From Podarcis vaucheri (taxonomy: Eukaryota), in assembly GCA_965113315.1 (NCBI GenBank), contig OZ220370.1: 64,000 bases of DNA, one strand, 5' to 3'. The translations under genes and the position numbers were made by a program. Shown piece after piece: positions 49,010-60,977 of the stretch. Within the stretch, counting starts at the first letter, position 1; each line of letters begins with the position of its first letter. The notes under the pieces were generated by a model. That model saw only the letters and a list, made by a program, of their open reading frames with translations, ran no database searches and was not told the origin of the DNA.

Positions 49010-51231
49010 GAGCCATGTGCATAGAATGACTTTTAAATGTGTGGATATGGGCTATTCATTGCAGCTGTACACATTCAGAACTGGGGGAGTGGGAAGAGGG
49101 GGAGGGGCAAAGGGGAAAGTAAGAGGAACTATTAGAGCATAGAGTCCTATTGCAGATATTAATATTGTGCAACATGAAGCAACTGGATGCACAAAAGCTG
49201 ACTCCTTTTGGAATAAAATGGTCCAGACCCATAAATATGATTCAGAACTTTACTAACCAGAACATCATCAAAACAGGTACAAAACAATCAGTGATACACC
49301 CAGAAAGTTGTATAAAGCATAAGCATAACCAGGCATAGGTTCTTCTTCTTAAATGTATAACATAATTATGATCCAGGCTAAAATCAAAGCTCTGTCTGTT
49401 CCACAGCTTACATTAGCAGCTCCTGGAGAGAATAATTTTCACATCCTTTTCTCAGTGTGACTGGGGAATCAAAAGACCAAAAGGGGCAATTCCCTTTCAA
49501 ATGGAAAATTTGCAATTGAATACCTTAATCATGTGATCTAAGGTTAAACACCCATGTGAAGGCTAGCAGACAACATTAACAGTTAATTATCAACTTAGCT
49601 GGAAGCTCAGGGACCTCTTTCTAGCTTAGAATACTCTAATGAAATTTTCCAGTGTTGAACCCTTAGCAACATACACAAAGTCATTCTCCATTTCAATGTG
49701 CAATTAAACAATTATACTTAACAAGTTCTCCCGGAATTAGGCTTTGAGACCCAGGAGGATTTTTTGTTGTTTTTTTACCTTCAACAGAAGAGTTAATAAA
49801 CAGAAAGGAAAACCATATGGCTTCAAATGAGTCTGGTTTAGGAAGCTCCTTAAAAAGCCAAACGTTCTGGGTTAAATTTTCAGAAAGTGCAATCTGTCAG
49901 ATGTGATTATGATAGCTGCTGAAGGAAAATTTTATGGGGTGGGGGGAATAATAAAAAGTTTGCAATGGTCCATGTTTTGTGAGTTGAGATGAAAGATCAG
50001 TTACGCTGAAACACACATCCTTGAATAGGTGTGATTTTTCGTTATTATTATTATTATTATCATCATCATTAGTATACATCCCACTCTTACACTAAAAGTC
50101 CACAGAACCATGTGCAACATAATTACAAAATAAAAAATTCTAATGCAACAACCAATTTTGAAAAGCAATAACAAAGAACATAGCACAATCAACGCTTACA
50201 AATGAAACAAAGCAAAAGCTTAACAGCAGACAGGGTAAATGGTATTACACATTAAAATTGGGAGCAATAATATGAGGTGCTAACACATTAAAAGCCCATT
50301 GAAATTAAAGTGTTGCCTAGCAAAAGAAATAAAAAGAGGGACTCTGACAAATCTTGATTGGGGGAACATTTCATGAGGATCGGCACTACCATGTAAAAGC
50401 CCCTATTTCTCATGTCAGGTGCCAAGAGCAAGTGTTAACTTCTGAAGCCTAATTTGAAAAGTAGCTCTTATGATGATAACTTTAGTGAATGCTGACACAC
50501 TATTTGGGCATACATTTCCATGTTGTGAAAAACTGCCTTAGCGTTTTTGTGCTTCTGTAATAAGACACAATGAGGTGACTTTCTTAGTGTGTAGAATGTC
50601 CTTCTTCTGCATTGCTCCTTTCTCCTGTCCCACAGCTAAAATCCAAATGGGACACCCTGCCCAGCTGTTTTTAGCCAAAAACAAACAAACCAACAAAGAA
50701 AAACACTGGGAGATATCACCACTGACTTCCCATGTAACAATCAATTTCACCCTGATACAGCACGGCATCTTTGCCACAAGTATCTGTGATTAAAGTCACA
50801 AACATAAATTTGGCCTTGTTTTATGAGGCAACTGGCAAAGGGCTTTCCTGGTGATTGCTTGAAGCAGTTTTGTGCTGATCCAAGCTCTTGAATGCATCTT
50901 GTACTGTAAAGTACAAGAGCTAAATTTCCTTGCACACTGCATTCTATACAGTTCTTACGTTACAAAATTTTGCTAAAAGCTATCAGGCTGCCCACCGGTG
51001 TCAATTGCCTTAGCTTTCTCCTTCCTCTTTTCTCATGGCCAGTATTGCACCATTGAGTGAACTTTGGTCACGATGATCTTTTCCAAGAAAACTAAATTGA
51101 AATAATAGATGAAGGAGTAAAGACCAAAAGTGTATCAGAAATAACTAATTTCTGCAGTCCACTGAAAGGTCAAGCAGTTCCTTGTCATGCTCCACATCTA
51201 GCAACAAGATTCCACTGTGATATTTTCCAAA

Positions 51232-51412
51232 GAGGTAGCCATGGTAGTCTGCTGAAGAAAAAACAGCAAAAAAATCTTGTACAATCTTAAAATAAGACAT
51301 TTGTGCACCTGACATAGGCAATGCATCTGATGAAGCAGACTCGAGCTCACAAAGCTTATGCCATAGTAAATTTATTTCTCTTTAAGGTGCCACAAGGATC
51401 TTTGTTGTTTTT
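51232..51412 (+). mobile_element. Old Neptune-type Penelope pLTR remnant with an inverted 5' copy and degenerate hammerhead
   Basis: GCAT-CTGATGA...AAAGCTT-ATGC at 51323-51361, then 'tttaaggtgccacaaggatctttgttgtttt'. 51232-51300 is a decayed inverted copy of that 3' end. Confidence 0.65.
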
Positions 51413-51574
51413 AAAATATTTGTGGTTGTCCATGTGTTTTGTGCTATTAGTAAAGCCTTGTATATGTACCACACTTGCATCTTCATTTTGTTTAGGAAAC
51501 TACAATGAGCATGTCACTGAAATCCAATAAAATATAAAGGAAGAAAAATGTACTGCACAACTGATCGCCTATAG

Positions 51575-51892
51575 CAGGGGTCAGCAACCTAAGGCCCATG
51601 GGCCACTAGCAGCCCACAAGGCTTGTCTAACCGGCCCATGCGCATGGGCGCTCCTCCGACCCGGATATGCACCGGAAATAGCATGTGCACATGCATACGA
51701 GACAGAGAAGCACATGCACACACGCTATTTCTGGTGCACTTCCGGGTCGGAGGAGCGCCGGAAATAGTGTGTGCACATGTGCACAGGCACTCCTCCAACC
51801 TGGACAAATGCGCATGCCCACACGCTCTGGCCCATTCTCTGACAGATGGAGCGTTGACCGGCCCATCCTCCAATTAAGGTTGCCAACCTTTG
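51575..51892. mobile_element. hAT (Charlie-like) MITE
   Basis: TIRs CAGGGGTCAGCAACCT / AGGTTGCCAACCTTTG. 8-bp TSD GCCTATAG / GTCTATAG. Internal palindrome at 51647-51759. Confidence 0.92.
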
Positions 51893-52229
51893 GTCTATAG
51901 CTTTGGATATCCTCTTCTCAAACTGTTATGTGATCCATGATCCTAAATTCATTAAAAGTACACGGGATGGGTGGGACAAAATGAAACCCTCCCCAAAGAA
52001 CTATAAGGGGAATAAATTTCTCCAATTTGGGGGGAAGCCGGTAGATGCTTACCATAAGTAACCTTAGGAGGCAGCCAATGACTTTCCATTTTTATTGCTT
52101 TAGTAACTTAAAACAAAAACAAAAAACAACAACAACCATGCCACTTACTGTGTTGCAAGACTCCCCCAACCCCAGCTTGCTATGAGCCACACTTCCTGGA
52201 ATGCCTTGAAAGCAATGCCACATCATATT

Positions 52230-52281
52230 ATCATAAAACTGTAGAGTTGGAAGTGACACGAAGGGTCAACTAATCTAACCA
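52230..52281 (-). mobile_element. CR1 LINE 3' terminus
   Basis: 'atcataaaactgtagagttggaagtgacacgaagggtc'. Confidence 0.7.
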
Positions 52282-52566
52282 TGTGCAAACCCTCCACCTC
52301 CCGCCCCTCGCAGCTTGCATTGCATCAATAGCCAGCTGATGTAGTTTGGGCTCTTTTCATAGCTTCCCATGGACCACACTTCTGGAAGGTAAGTGGCAAT
52401 TGCCTTCCCAACATGTTGAAAGAATTTCTCTTTCCCCATGCCAGAAAGTAGCAGAAAATCTGTCTTTGTAGCCACAGTGGGAGAATAATTTCAGGAAATT
52501 GGAAATAGAGATAGTAATGATAGTAATAATACTACTAATGTTCCAGGGCAGGTTACAACAATTACA

Positions 52567-52823
52567 GGTAAAAAGGTTAAGGTAAAGGACCCCTGGACAG
52601 TTACGTCCAGTCAAAGGTGACTATGGGGTGCGGCGCTCATCTCGCTTTCAGGCCGAGGGAGCCGGCATTTGTACGCAGACAGCTTTCCGGGGCATGTGGT
52701 CAGCATGACTAAACTGCTTCTGGTGCAACAGAACACCGTGATGGAAGCCAGAGCGCATGGAAATGCCATTTACCTTCCCGCTGCAGTGGTACCTATTTAT
52801 TTACTTGCACTGGTGTGCATTTG
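52567..52823 (-). mobile_element. Sauria SINE, 5'-truncated
   Basis: Tail and body present, tRNA head absent. Flanks AACAATTA(C/T)A. Confidence 0.92.
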
Positions 52824-54219
52824 AACAATTATAACACAATATTGAAAACAGCTTATTACAACGCAGAACCATAAAAATAAGATGGGCCCTAAAAATATAC
52901 ATTACAAGTGTCAAAAGCTGGCTGAAATTAGGGTGCAGAGCTCTATGAAAAGAATAAGGTTGGCACGATCCACTCAGAGACTGGGAACAGGAAGGATTAT
53001 TTAAGAATTTATAGGAAAATATATTTAAGGAAGCAAAAGGGGAGTGCTGCAGAACCAGTCCTTTACTTCATATTACTTTGTAGCTCCTGTAAAACGATCA
53101 ATTGTTTTCTTAACATCTAAGTGCAGGGCATTTCTATTTCATTTGCAAAACACTCACACAGAAAATGACTCTTCTCTTTAACACATCTGGTACTTGCCAG
53201 TAAGTCCTTTTTCCAGACGAGAGAAAGAAAGAAAAAGAAAGAAAACCCGTTTTCATTTTGCTCACTACATCCGTCTTGCATCATTTCAATGCTGGGTTCA
53301 GCCTGAACTTCAGAGAAGCATTATGATGTTTTGCACAAAAGAGCCTATGTTTTACTAGGAACACCCAAAATAGCAAGCAGTAAGCAGCGACATACTGTGA
53401 GTTTTCAAATCCCAAAGCATAAGTGCCTTTTACTGGCAGGAAATTGTTTCTTCCCAAAGCTTTCAGAAGGCTCTGAAGTCAAAATAACTTCTCCTTTCTT
53501 TCATCAGATTTTTAAGCCAATTTTTTTTGTATTATTCATTCTTCAAAAGCTAGGAGGGCCTGGTGCCGCACAGGTAAGTTTTCAATACCTTTTTTTAAAA
53601 AAAGAAATATTTGTACTGGTTTTAATAAAAGAATAAAATCTAAAACGACTTCAAATGGGAGTTTTGGAAAGACCAATGCTCTAGCTCTGAATACGTTTAC
53701 TTGGAATTGACATCTTTTGATTGAGGTGGACACTTTACACTTCAAGAAATGTGTTTTGGATCAGAGTGCAAATCTTCTTCTTGTTTACAACAATAGTAGC
53801 TTACAATCATACTGCTATTTATTTTCTCTCTAAGCAACCTGGTAAACTTGGATAGGCAGAGAAGTAGTGTTTTGTCTAAAGGTATGCATCAAGATGGAGC
53901 CAGGTATGATAAAGTTGTACATATATTTCTTTCGCCTCATTGTCATTTGAAATCTATGAAGTGTTTTTAGGTTTTGGAAGCAGCATAAAAAAATCTGCGA
54001 AACATCTTTGAAGCAAATACAGTAATGGGATAAAAAAATAACCACATTTAATGATCATATCATCATTGTCACAGCAATAAAACAAATGGTTTCTTTCCTG
54101 CTGAGGAGAGATAGAGAATGGGACTTTTCTGTAATTTCTCCAATATAAATATATTATTTTGTGCAAACTTGTTCAGATGTTATTTTAAAAGTTTAGTAAA
54201 TGTTGAATATATCACCAAC

Positions 54220-54310
54220 AATGCAATCCTAAGCATATTTAGTCCAAAGAAGTCCAATTGATTTCAGTGGGAATTAGTTTCTAGTCACTGAGTGTGTGTT
54301 TAGGATTAGT
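54220..54310. mobile_element. Ancient short palindromic reptile repeat (similar remnants near 85-115, 8945-9030, 13385-13470, 18200-18280, 25840-25930)
   Basis: 'tgcaatcctaagcat...gtccaattgatttcagtggga...tttaggatt' fold-back pattern recurring in the window. Confidence 0.5.
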
Positions 54311-56700
54311 TTTCCTTAACTAAAGCTTCAGTCCTAAGCAAATCAACTCAGAAGTCCATTCAATTAAGCATTCATGAGGGAAAATTTCTACTTTTATGCC
54401 AAAGATTTGTTAAAGCAGTTATCTATCTCTGCTCATAGAAGGCACCAAAATTTGATCAAAAAATACATGGAAACAATAGATTTGCTTTCATTCAGAGTAT
54501 CTTCATTTGATTTTGTGGTACTGCAGAGTGTACAGTTCCCTGATTCCTTCAGAAACAGTTTCATAAATAATTTGTTCCATAATTCAGCACCTTACTACAA
54601 CAGCGGTCAACCTCAGCAATTCATATTTCTCTTTCATTTTGGTTTATAGTTTCAAACAATGTGCTCAGATAGCCAAGACCTCTGAGACAAATTGCTATGA
54701 CTTTATTGAACTGCAGATTTGAAATTGTAGTATGCCATGAAAATATTACCACAAACACTTTCCTTTAGGAAAGAACTATTGAAAATGCTACTTAAATTAA
54801 AGCTACAGGGATAGTTCTGGATTTATTTATATGCAAAAGTTTGGAATTTTGCATGGGAGGAGGCAGAACTGTAACAGCAGAAAAAGTTCTATGTGTATAC
54901 ACAATGACTGGAAGTCTATAAATTAATGCAAATATGGCTTGCTCTAAAGAAATATATGCATCTTGGAATATTTTTTGATGAAAATCAATTTTTGATCATG
55001 CTGAATATACTGTTCAGTTTTTAAAAAATGTTTTTTTCATCTACAGCATTATAATTCACAGGTTCAAAATGTTTTGCTTATGAGCAAAGAACCTGTTTTA
55101 ATAATTTAATTTTTAAAAATTGTGATGGGAAAACTGCAGCTATAGTTACTCAGAAGTTTGAAGTTCATTGTATATTTTAAATGGTTTAACAAGGAGCAGT
55201 TGTTGTTGTTTTCAAATGTGCCTTTTACTGTCTTTTCTTGAACTTGTAGATAAATTGAATAGACTGAGAAGTTCAAGTAAAGACTAACCTTATACTGAAG
55301 ACAAGTGGAACATTAAAACCTTGAAGACAAAGACATAATTCAGCCAAAGTTCAATGTGTTCCATTTATTTCAATGAGGGAGAGAACTAAGCAAGTGGTCA
55401 TTTTGATGGATTTTAGTTAACCCAAATAGCACAAATAACTGAAACTCTTCAAAATAAGAGGCAGGAAGACACTGTGAATGGAGTTATAGGCCAAAATTCA
55501 GCTTAACCCTGGCCATACAAACAGAATGTTTCACCCTAAAATACTAGCTCTTGACTCTACACCCACACACAAATAGTTTTCCTTTAAATTTTGAAAGATG
55601 AAGGGTTTTTATTTTATCTCTTTGACACTGTGAGATTATTTCAGCTACAGTATGTTTTTAGGTAGGTTGAAAATAGATTCCTGTTTCTCAAGGTGTCTAA
55701 AGCGGAAGAAATGGTCATAGCTCCATCAAACAAAATTACTTTTATGTTGAGAAAGATGAAAACACCAGCAGTTAAAAAAACCAGCAACTTTTCCTCTCTT
55801 GAAACTTCTTTTCTGTTTGAAAACTCTTCTACATTTTAAGGCATGGTGGATGCTGTGTTTTAAAAAGATACTGACAATTTCTGTATTTAAACACTTCAAG
55901 TAAAGCATACAATATCCGTACCTTTTGAGAGAACAGATTTGGAGCTGAATTGTGTCCTAATTTTATCAATGCTAATGAAAGAGAGAAAGAAAAGAATTGT
56001 AGCTCTTGTGTGTCTCTGAAGACTAGTTCACACATTCATGAACATAGCTTGTTTTTCTCATCACTTGAATGCTCAGTTATTGAAGCAGGTTCACATATGC
56101 ATGTTTGCTTCTTAATTACTACAACATCACATATTGACATGCCCAAATACCTCTATTCTCAGTGCACATCGATCAAGGGAGGGAAAACTCTGTATTGCTT
56201 GCATATATTATTATATCTGTCCATAGCTTCCACATACGTAGCTGTATGAGTGGGAGACATTGATAAATGTTCAAATTATCATGCAAAACTGAGAGCAGAC
56301 CCTAACATTATTTCAGTAATCTTGGATCCCTAGCTCCTGAACAGGAATTATGAATGGCGCACTGCAAATATAAAGCCAAAGACAGAATAATATTGCTTTA
56401 CATAATGCTGAATGCAGTGTCTTACAATGGCGTCAGTTCTCACAATCAGCCACACACCATCAATCCGGTATATAGCAATGAAGTGTCAAGAAATTAAGCT
56501 GTTGTATACAGGGCTACCAAATCTTGCTTGCCATAAATAAATTTATGGACCTATATGAGTGAACTAGCTCAAAATGATCAGATATCAGTGTAAGAATATT
56601 CCATTGTACTTGTCTTGTATTTACCAGACAAATGAGGAAGGAGTGAAAATGCACATATTGGCCACACCTTAAGCACAAATAGGCCTTCCTGCTGCATCCA

Positions 56701-57190
56701 TTGTTGCTGTTGTCATCCATCTGTCTCAGTGGACAATGGAAGAGTGTGCCTTTAGGGTAAAGTCAAACTGCTGGTGAGTTACAGCACTGTGGCTGTAGAG
56801 ACCAATATGGGGGAGACATGTTTTATTGCAGGTGGGGCAGATGAAGGTTTCTGATTTTGCTGCTATAGGTGTGCCATGGTGTTTCTTCTCTCTGTGCTTC
56901 TCCCAGCAGTCATTCCCCCTCACTGCTGTTGATACATGGCCTGACTGTCTGTCTCCAGGCACTGCGATCATCCGCAAGGAATTCCCAAATGGCAACGATA
57001 ATGTTGTCAGCATTCATTTCACATAGACAGCTTTGTAATGCAGAGAGCTGGTCTGTCAATGGGCCTGGTGCCTGAAGCCAGCTCCCCGGAGAGCACGTGC
57101 TGGGAATGTGCACTTGGGAGAGTACATCTCTGTTTGGAGACCCTGTCCTGCCATGTTTGACATGGCCATTCATTGACAGCCATCCCTTCA
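56701..57190 (-). mobile_element. RTE-clade LINE 3' fragment with C-terminal zinc finger, distinct from BovB
   Basis: Minus-strand frames give DVLSQVHIPS, WEFLADDRSAWRQTV and FICPTCNKTCLPHIGLYSH. (CAA)-type tail at 56701. Confidence 0.88.
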
Positions 57191-58845
57191 GCTGAAGTGT
57201 GAAGGGCTCCTATATATGTACTGTACAGATGCAGATGTGTAGGCCTTTACTAAACCAATGGTAGCTGTGTTAGAGGAGGCTTCTGAGTGTACATCTGTAC
57301 TCTTCACTCTTCCACAGGGCATGTGGCCAGGATATGGCATTGGGGACAAACATGTGACCAGGCAGAGTATTGTGGGCAGGCATTCTGCATCAGCCACACA
57401 TGTATGCAATGGCTTTTCAGGCATCAAGTGATCAATGTGTTTGTATGAATCAGTCCTCAGACAAGACATTTTTACATTCTTTCCGTTGGCTACAGGTAGT
57501 CATGTCTTAAATTAGGGCCAATCCACAAGGGCACAGAGTGTATGACTGGTTTATTTTGTGTCGCTGTCTTTCTAAATTCACTTTAGCTGCAGAATGGTGA
57601 GTGAGTTGCTATCTGGATTATGGTGCCTTTGCCATCAGTCAACCAGTTTTTTGAGAGTTCCCCTTGTCACACCTAATTAAAAGAAGTCCTTACATGACCT
57701 GTTAGCTGTCCTAACCCCTTTACTTAGTTCCATACATTGATATACTAAAGGCCAACATGGAGCTTTTGCTGGAAAGCAAGAGACAATTGAAGTGCAAGCA
57801 AACACATCTTTGATAGCTTACTCTGTGCTATAGATAAGGAATCTAGGTATGAATCTGAGTTGTGAGATTAACAGTGCAATCCAAATTTAAGATCTGCTTC
57901 AATGAGAAAGTTTTGGAATAGGCAGATCTTGGTCTGTCCTGGCTCAAGTCATCTTGGCTGAACTGAAGCTATGCTGGTGGAACTTAAGCCGAAAGAATTT
58001 ATGCCATTGTAAATTCCCTAATGTTATGCATTAGCAAGGTTTTTGTGCCAAGTGCTCTTTAGCTGACACTATTGCTTCTGCCACTGAGTTAGAGAAAGCC
58101 ATCTTGTAATTAAATCAGATAGATGATACTCCTCAAGCAGAGAATAGCTGATAAAATTATGCGGAAAACCCAACAAGACTTAGAATAACAGCATCAGAAA
58201 ACAAACCAAAAATTGACCAATGCTGTTGTACAGGAAGCAAAAATCATACTCAAAGAACTGAACACAAAGTGTGTTTACCAGTGGTTCCTCGTCATCCCGG
58301 AAATAAGTGACAAGTGGGGTGCCACAGGATTCTGTCCTGGGCCCACTGTTGTTTAAGATATTTATAAGCAACTTGGATGAAGGAATTGAAGGGATGTTCA
58401 TCAAATTTGCAGATGACACTAAACTGGTAGAGGGTAGCCAATGCCACAGAAAACAGAACCAGGATACAAGATGAATTTAGCAGATTAGAGAATTGCCCCT
58501 AAACTAACAAAATGAATTTCAATAGAAGCAAATGTAAGGTTTTGCACTTAGGCAGGAAGAACCAGCTGTATAAATATAAGATGGGGGCACCTGGATTGCC
58601 AATGGTACATATGAAAAGGATCTAGGGGTGTTAGCAGAGGACAAATTGCACATGTATCAGCAGTGTAATGCAGCAGCAAAAAAGCAAGTGCTGTTCTAGG
58701 CTGCACCAACAGAAGTATAGTGTCCTGATCAAGGGAAGTCATAGCCCAACTCTATTCTGCCTTGGTTGTTCCTGGAGTACTGGGGCCAGTTTTGAGTACC
58801 ACAATTTAAGAATGATATTGATATTGACAACTTGCAACATGTGCA

Positions 58846-58894
58846 ATTTCATTGTCCTGCATGGGACAATGGCAATAAAGACATATCGTATTGT
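58846..58894 (+). mobile_element. ~50-bp Rex1/L2-type LINE 3' tip inserted in CR1
   Basis: Interrupts the CR1 coding frame. Hairpin CATTGTCC/GGACAATG followed by AATAAAG. Confidence 0.55.
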
Positions 58895-58960
58895 AGGAGG
58901 GTGACCATGATGCTCCAGGGTCAGGAATGGTTATGAGGAATGGTTGACGGAGTTGGGTAT

Positions 58961-59107
58961 AAAATAAAAAAATCCTTCCAGTAGCACCTTAAAGACCAAC
59001 TAAGTTAGTTCTTGGTATGAGCTTTCGTGTGCATGCACACTTCTTCAGATACACTGAAACAGAAGTTGCCAGACCCTTCTATATAGTGGACCCTTCTATA
59101 TATATCT
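58961..59107 (-). mobile_element. Neptune-type Penelope pLTR fragment inserted in CR1
   Basis: 12-bp TSD GGAGTTGGGTAT (58949-58960 / 59108-59119). Contains a hammerhead and the 'gttggtctttaaggtgctactgga' pLTR end. Confidence 0.88.
59015..59052 (-). ncRNA. Minimal type I hammerhead ribozyme motif
   Basis: Minus strand reads GTAT-CTGAAGA-A-[GTGTG catg CACAC]-GAAA-GCTC|ATAC: 4-bp stem I, 5-bp stem II, palindromic AGCT stem III, CUC triplet. Confidence 0.82.
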
Positions 59108-60760
59108 GGAGTTGGGTATGTTTAGCTTGGAAAAGAGAAGGCTAAGAGGAGTTCTGATAGGCATCTTCCAATATCTAAGGAGCTGCCGCATGGAAAATGG
59201 TGGAAGCTTGTTTTCTGCTGCTATAGTTGTATGTCCAAAACCAATGGCTTCAAGTTATGGGAAAGGAGATTTCGACTCAACATCAGGAAGAACTTTGATT
59301 GTAAGACATATTTGACAGTGGAACAGACTCCTTTGTAAGGTGATGGACTCTCCTTCCTTAGGGGTTTTAAAGCAGAGGCTGAATGGTCTTCTGTCATGGA
59401 TGCTTTAGTTGAGATTCCTGCAATGCAGGGGTTGGACTAGATGAGTCTCTGGGTCCCTTCCAACTCTACAGTTCTATGATTCTTTGACTGTTCCTGTTGC
59501 TAGTGGTGTGAGGGTGGAATAGAGAATACTGCTGTTAAATGTAAGTTCTAAATTTATTTAATGGTGGAAAACATATATCATAGTATTGCTTTATTATATA
59601 AATTTTAAAATAAGTTTAAAAATGAATTTTCACATGGTTAAAAGTACTTGTTTGAATTCCTTCCCTACCAGTGAAGATTCCTTTTAAAAAGCACTGAAAG
59701 TGGTGGCAAACAGGATCCTATACTTCTGTGGTGCCCTACACAATTTCCAGATTTCTGTGTCATACTAACTCCTCTGAGCCATAGTAACTCCTCTGTAAGA
59801 GTGTACCAGCACCATCTGGCATCTATCAGATGTTAGCTAGGGCAAAAAATGAGAGCATAGGACTCCTCTGGACCTATTTCCTAAGCATTCACCCTCATTT
59901 GTTTGCCCAAAGCTCACAGGAGGAGTTTGTTTATTTTGCAGGTAGATTATAGGGTAATGAGCATTCATCCAGATTTGATTGTGGGGTGTTGATGCCTCTT
60001 AGTATTGATGCTTTGTTGCCTCCACATTTTTCAATGCATTTGATGACCACTTTCCTAACCACAAAAAGTCTGGGGTTTTTTTCTTAATGGGTTTGTTGTG
60101 CCAGGGTGACAGAGCCCTTTTGTCCACTTTAATTAAATAAACCTAAATTTCCAGTATGCACTTGAATTGTTTCTGCAGAATACTGGCAATCTGAAGGCTA
60201 CCATAGCAATTGTTTTTCTAGTGCCTTGCTCCTGAGATTTCCAGTTCCTTGTGGAGATGCTGTGCTGGATCAAATGTAGTTTTAAATGTACCTGATGTGC
60301 ATATAGTCCCATAAAGTGAGTCCCAAATGTAGCCAATGAAGCTTAGCTCTCTCTTTGTTTTTATGACCACAGTCTTCTCCAGAAAAGCATTTAAGCTTTC
60401 TTAATTTCTCTGATCTTTAATGAGCATTATTTCACATATTTTTGACTGAGCTCATCTTCATCTTTCTAAGGACTGCAATATATACACGCATCATCAATTA
60501 CCGGTAGATAGTTCAAAAGTATCTTATTTTCTGTCATTAACATATTTGTGTGTGTAGACACAGAAAGCTGAGCAATCAACACAGTTTACATCTGCATAGC
60601 ATTTCCAAAAGCTCCTCATGGATTTCAGGAGTCACTTTTTTAAGGAAAATGAGCAGGTATTCCAGCTATCTAATGATGTAGCTTTTGAATCCAATTCAAT
60701 TTATATGTTAAATGTGTTGTAATGAACAGTGAAGTGGTCTGTTAAGGATTCCCCTCTATT

Positions 60761-60977
60761 CAGAAGTGGAGCTAGCTGTGCACCCGGGGGCGGGACTAGC
60801 TGCCCGGGGGGTGGGGCTAGCCACCTACCTTGCCACCCACGGAGGCGGGGTGAGCATTCAAGGGGGCGCCACCCATGGTGAGCGTCCCCGGGGGGGGGAG
60901 GCGCGGCGATGTTACCTCCCTCTGGGATGACATCCAGGTCAGACTGCACCCACCACACACCCCTTCCTCCGCTAGTG
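60761..60977. mobile_element. GC-rich hAT MITE
   Basis: CAGAAGTGGAG...CTCCGCTAGTG termini. 8-bp TSD CCTCTATT / CCGCTATT. Confidence 0.8.

Larger units (their letters stand above)
58250..59483 (+). mobile_element. CR1 LINE, 5'-truncated and decayed, with two nested insertions
   Basis: Translates as [40 protein letters not shown] and LGMFSLEKRRLRG. 3' end 'ccttccaactctacagttctatgattct'. Confidence 0.95.

Noticed and set aside
7366-57226. Scattered TACAGTA/TACTGTA as footprints of CAG-ended MITEs
   Set aside because: My rough count is close to chance for an AT-rich 7-mer. A genome-wide test would be needed.
57955-58075. Possible fourth hammerhead/PLE remnant (ctgaag...gccgaaag..tatgcc)
   Set aside because: The core and stems are too degraded to support.
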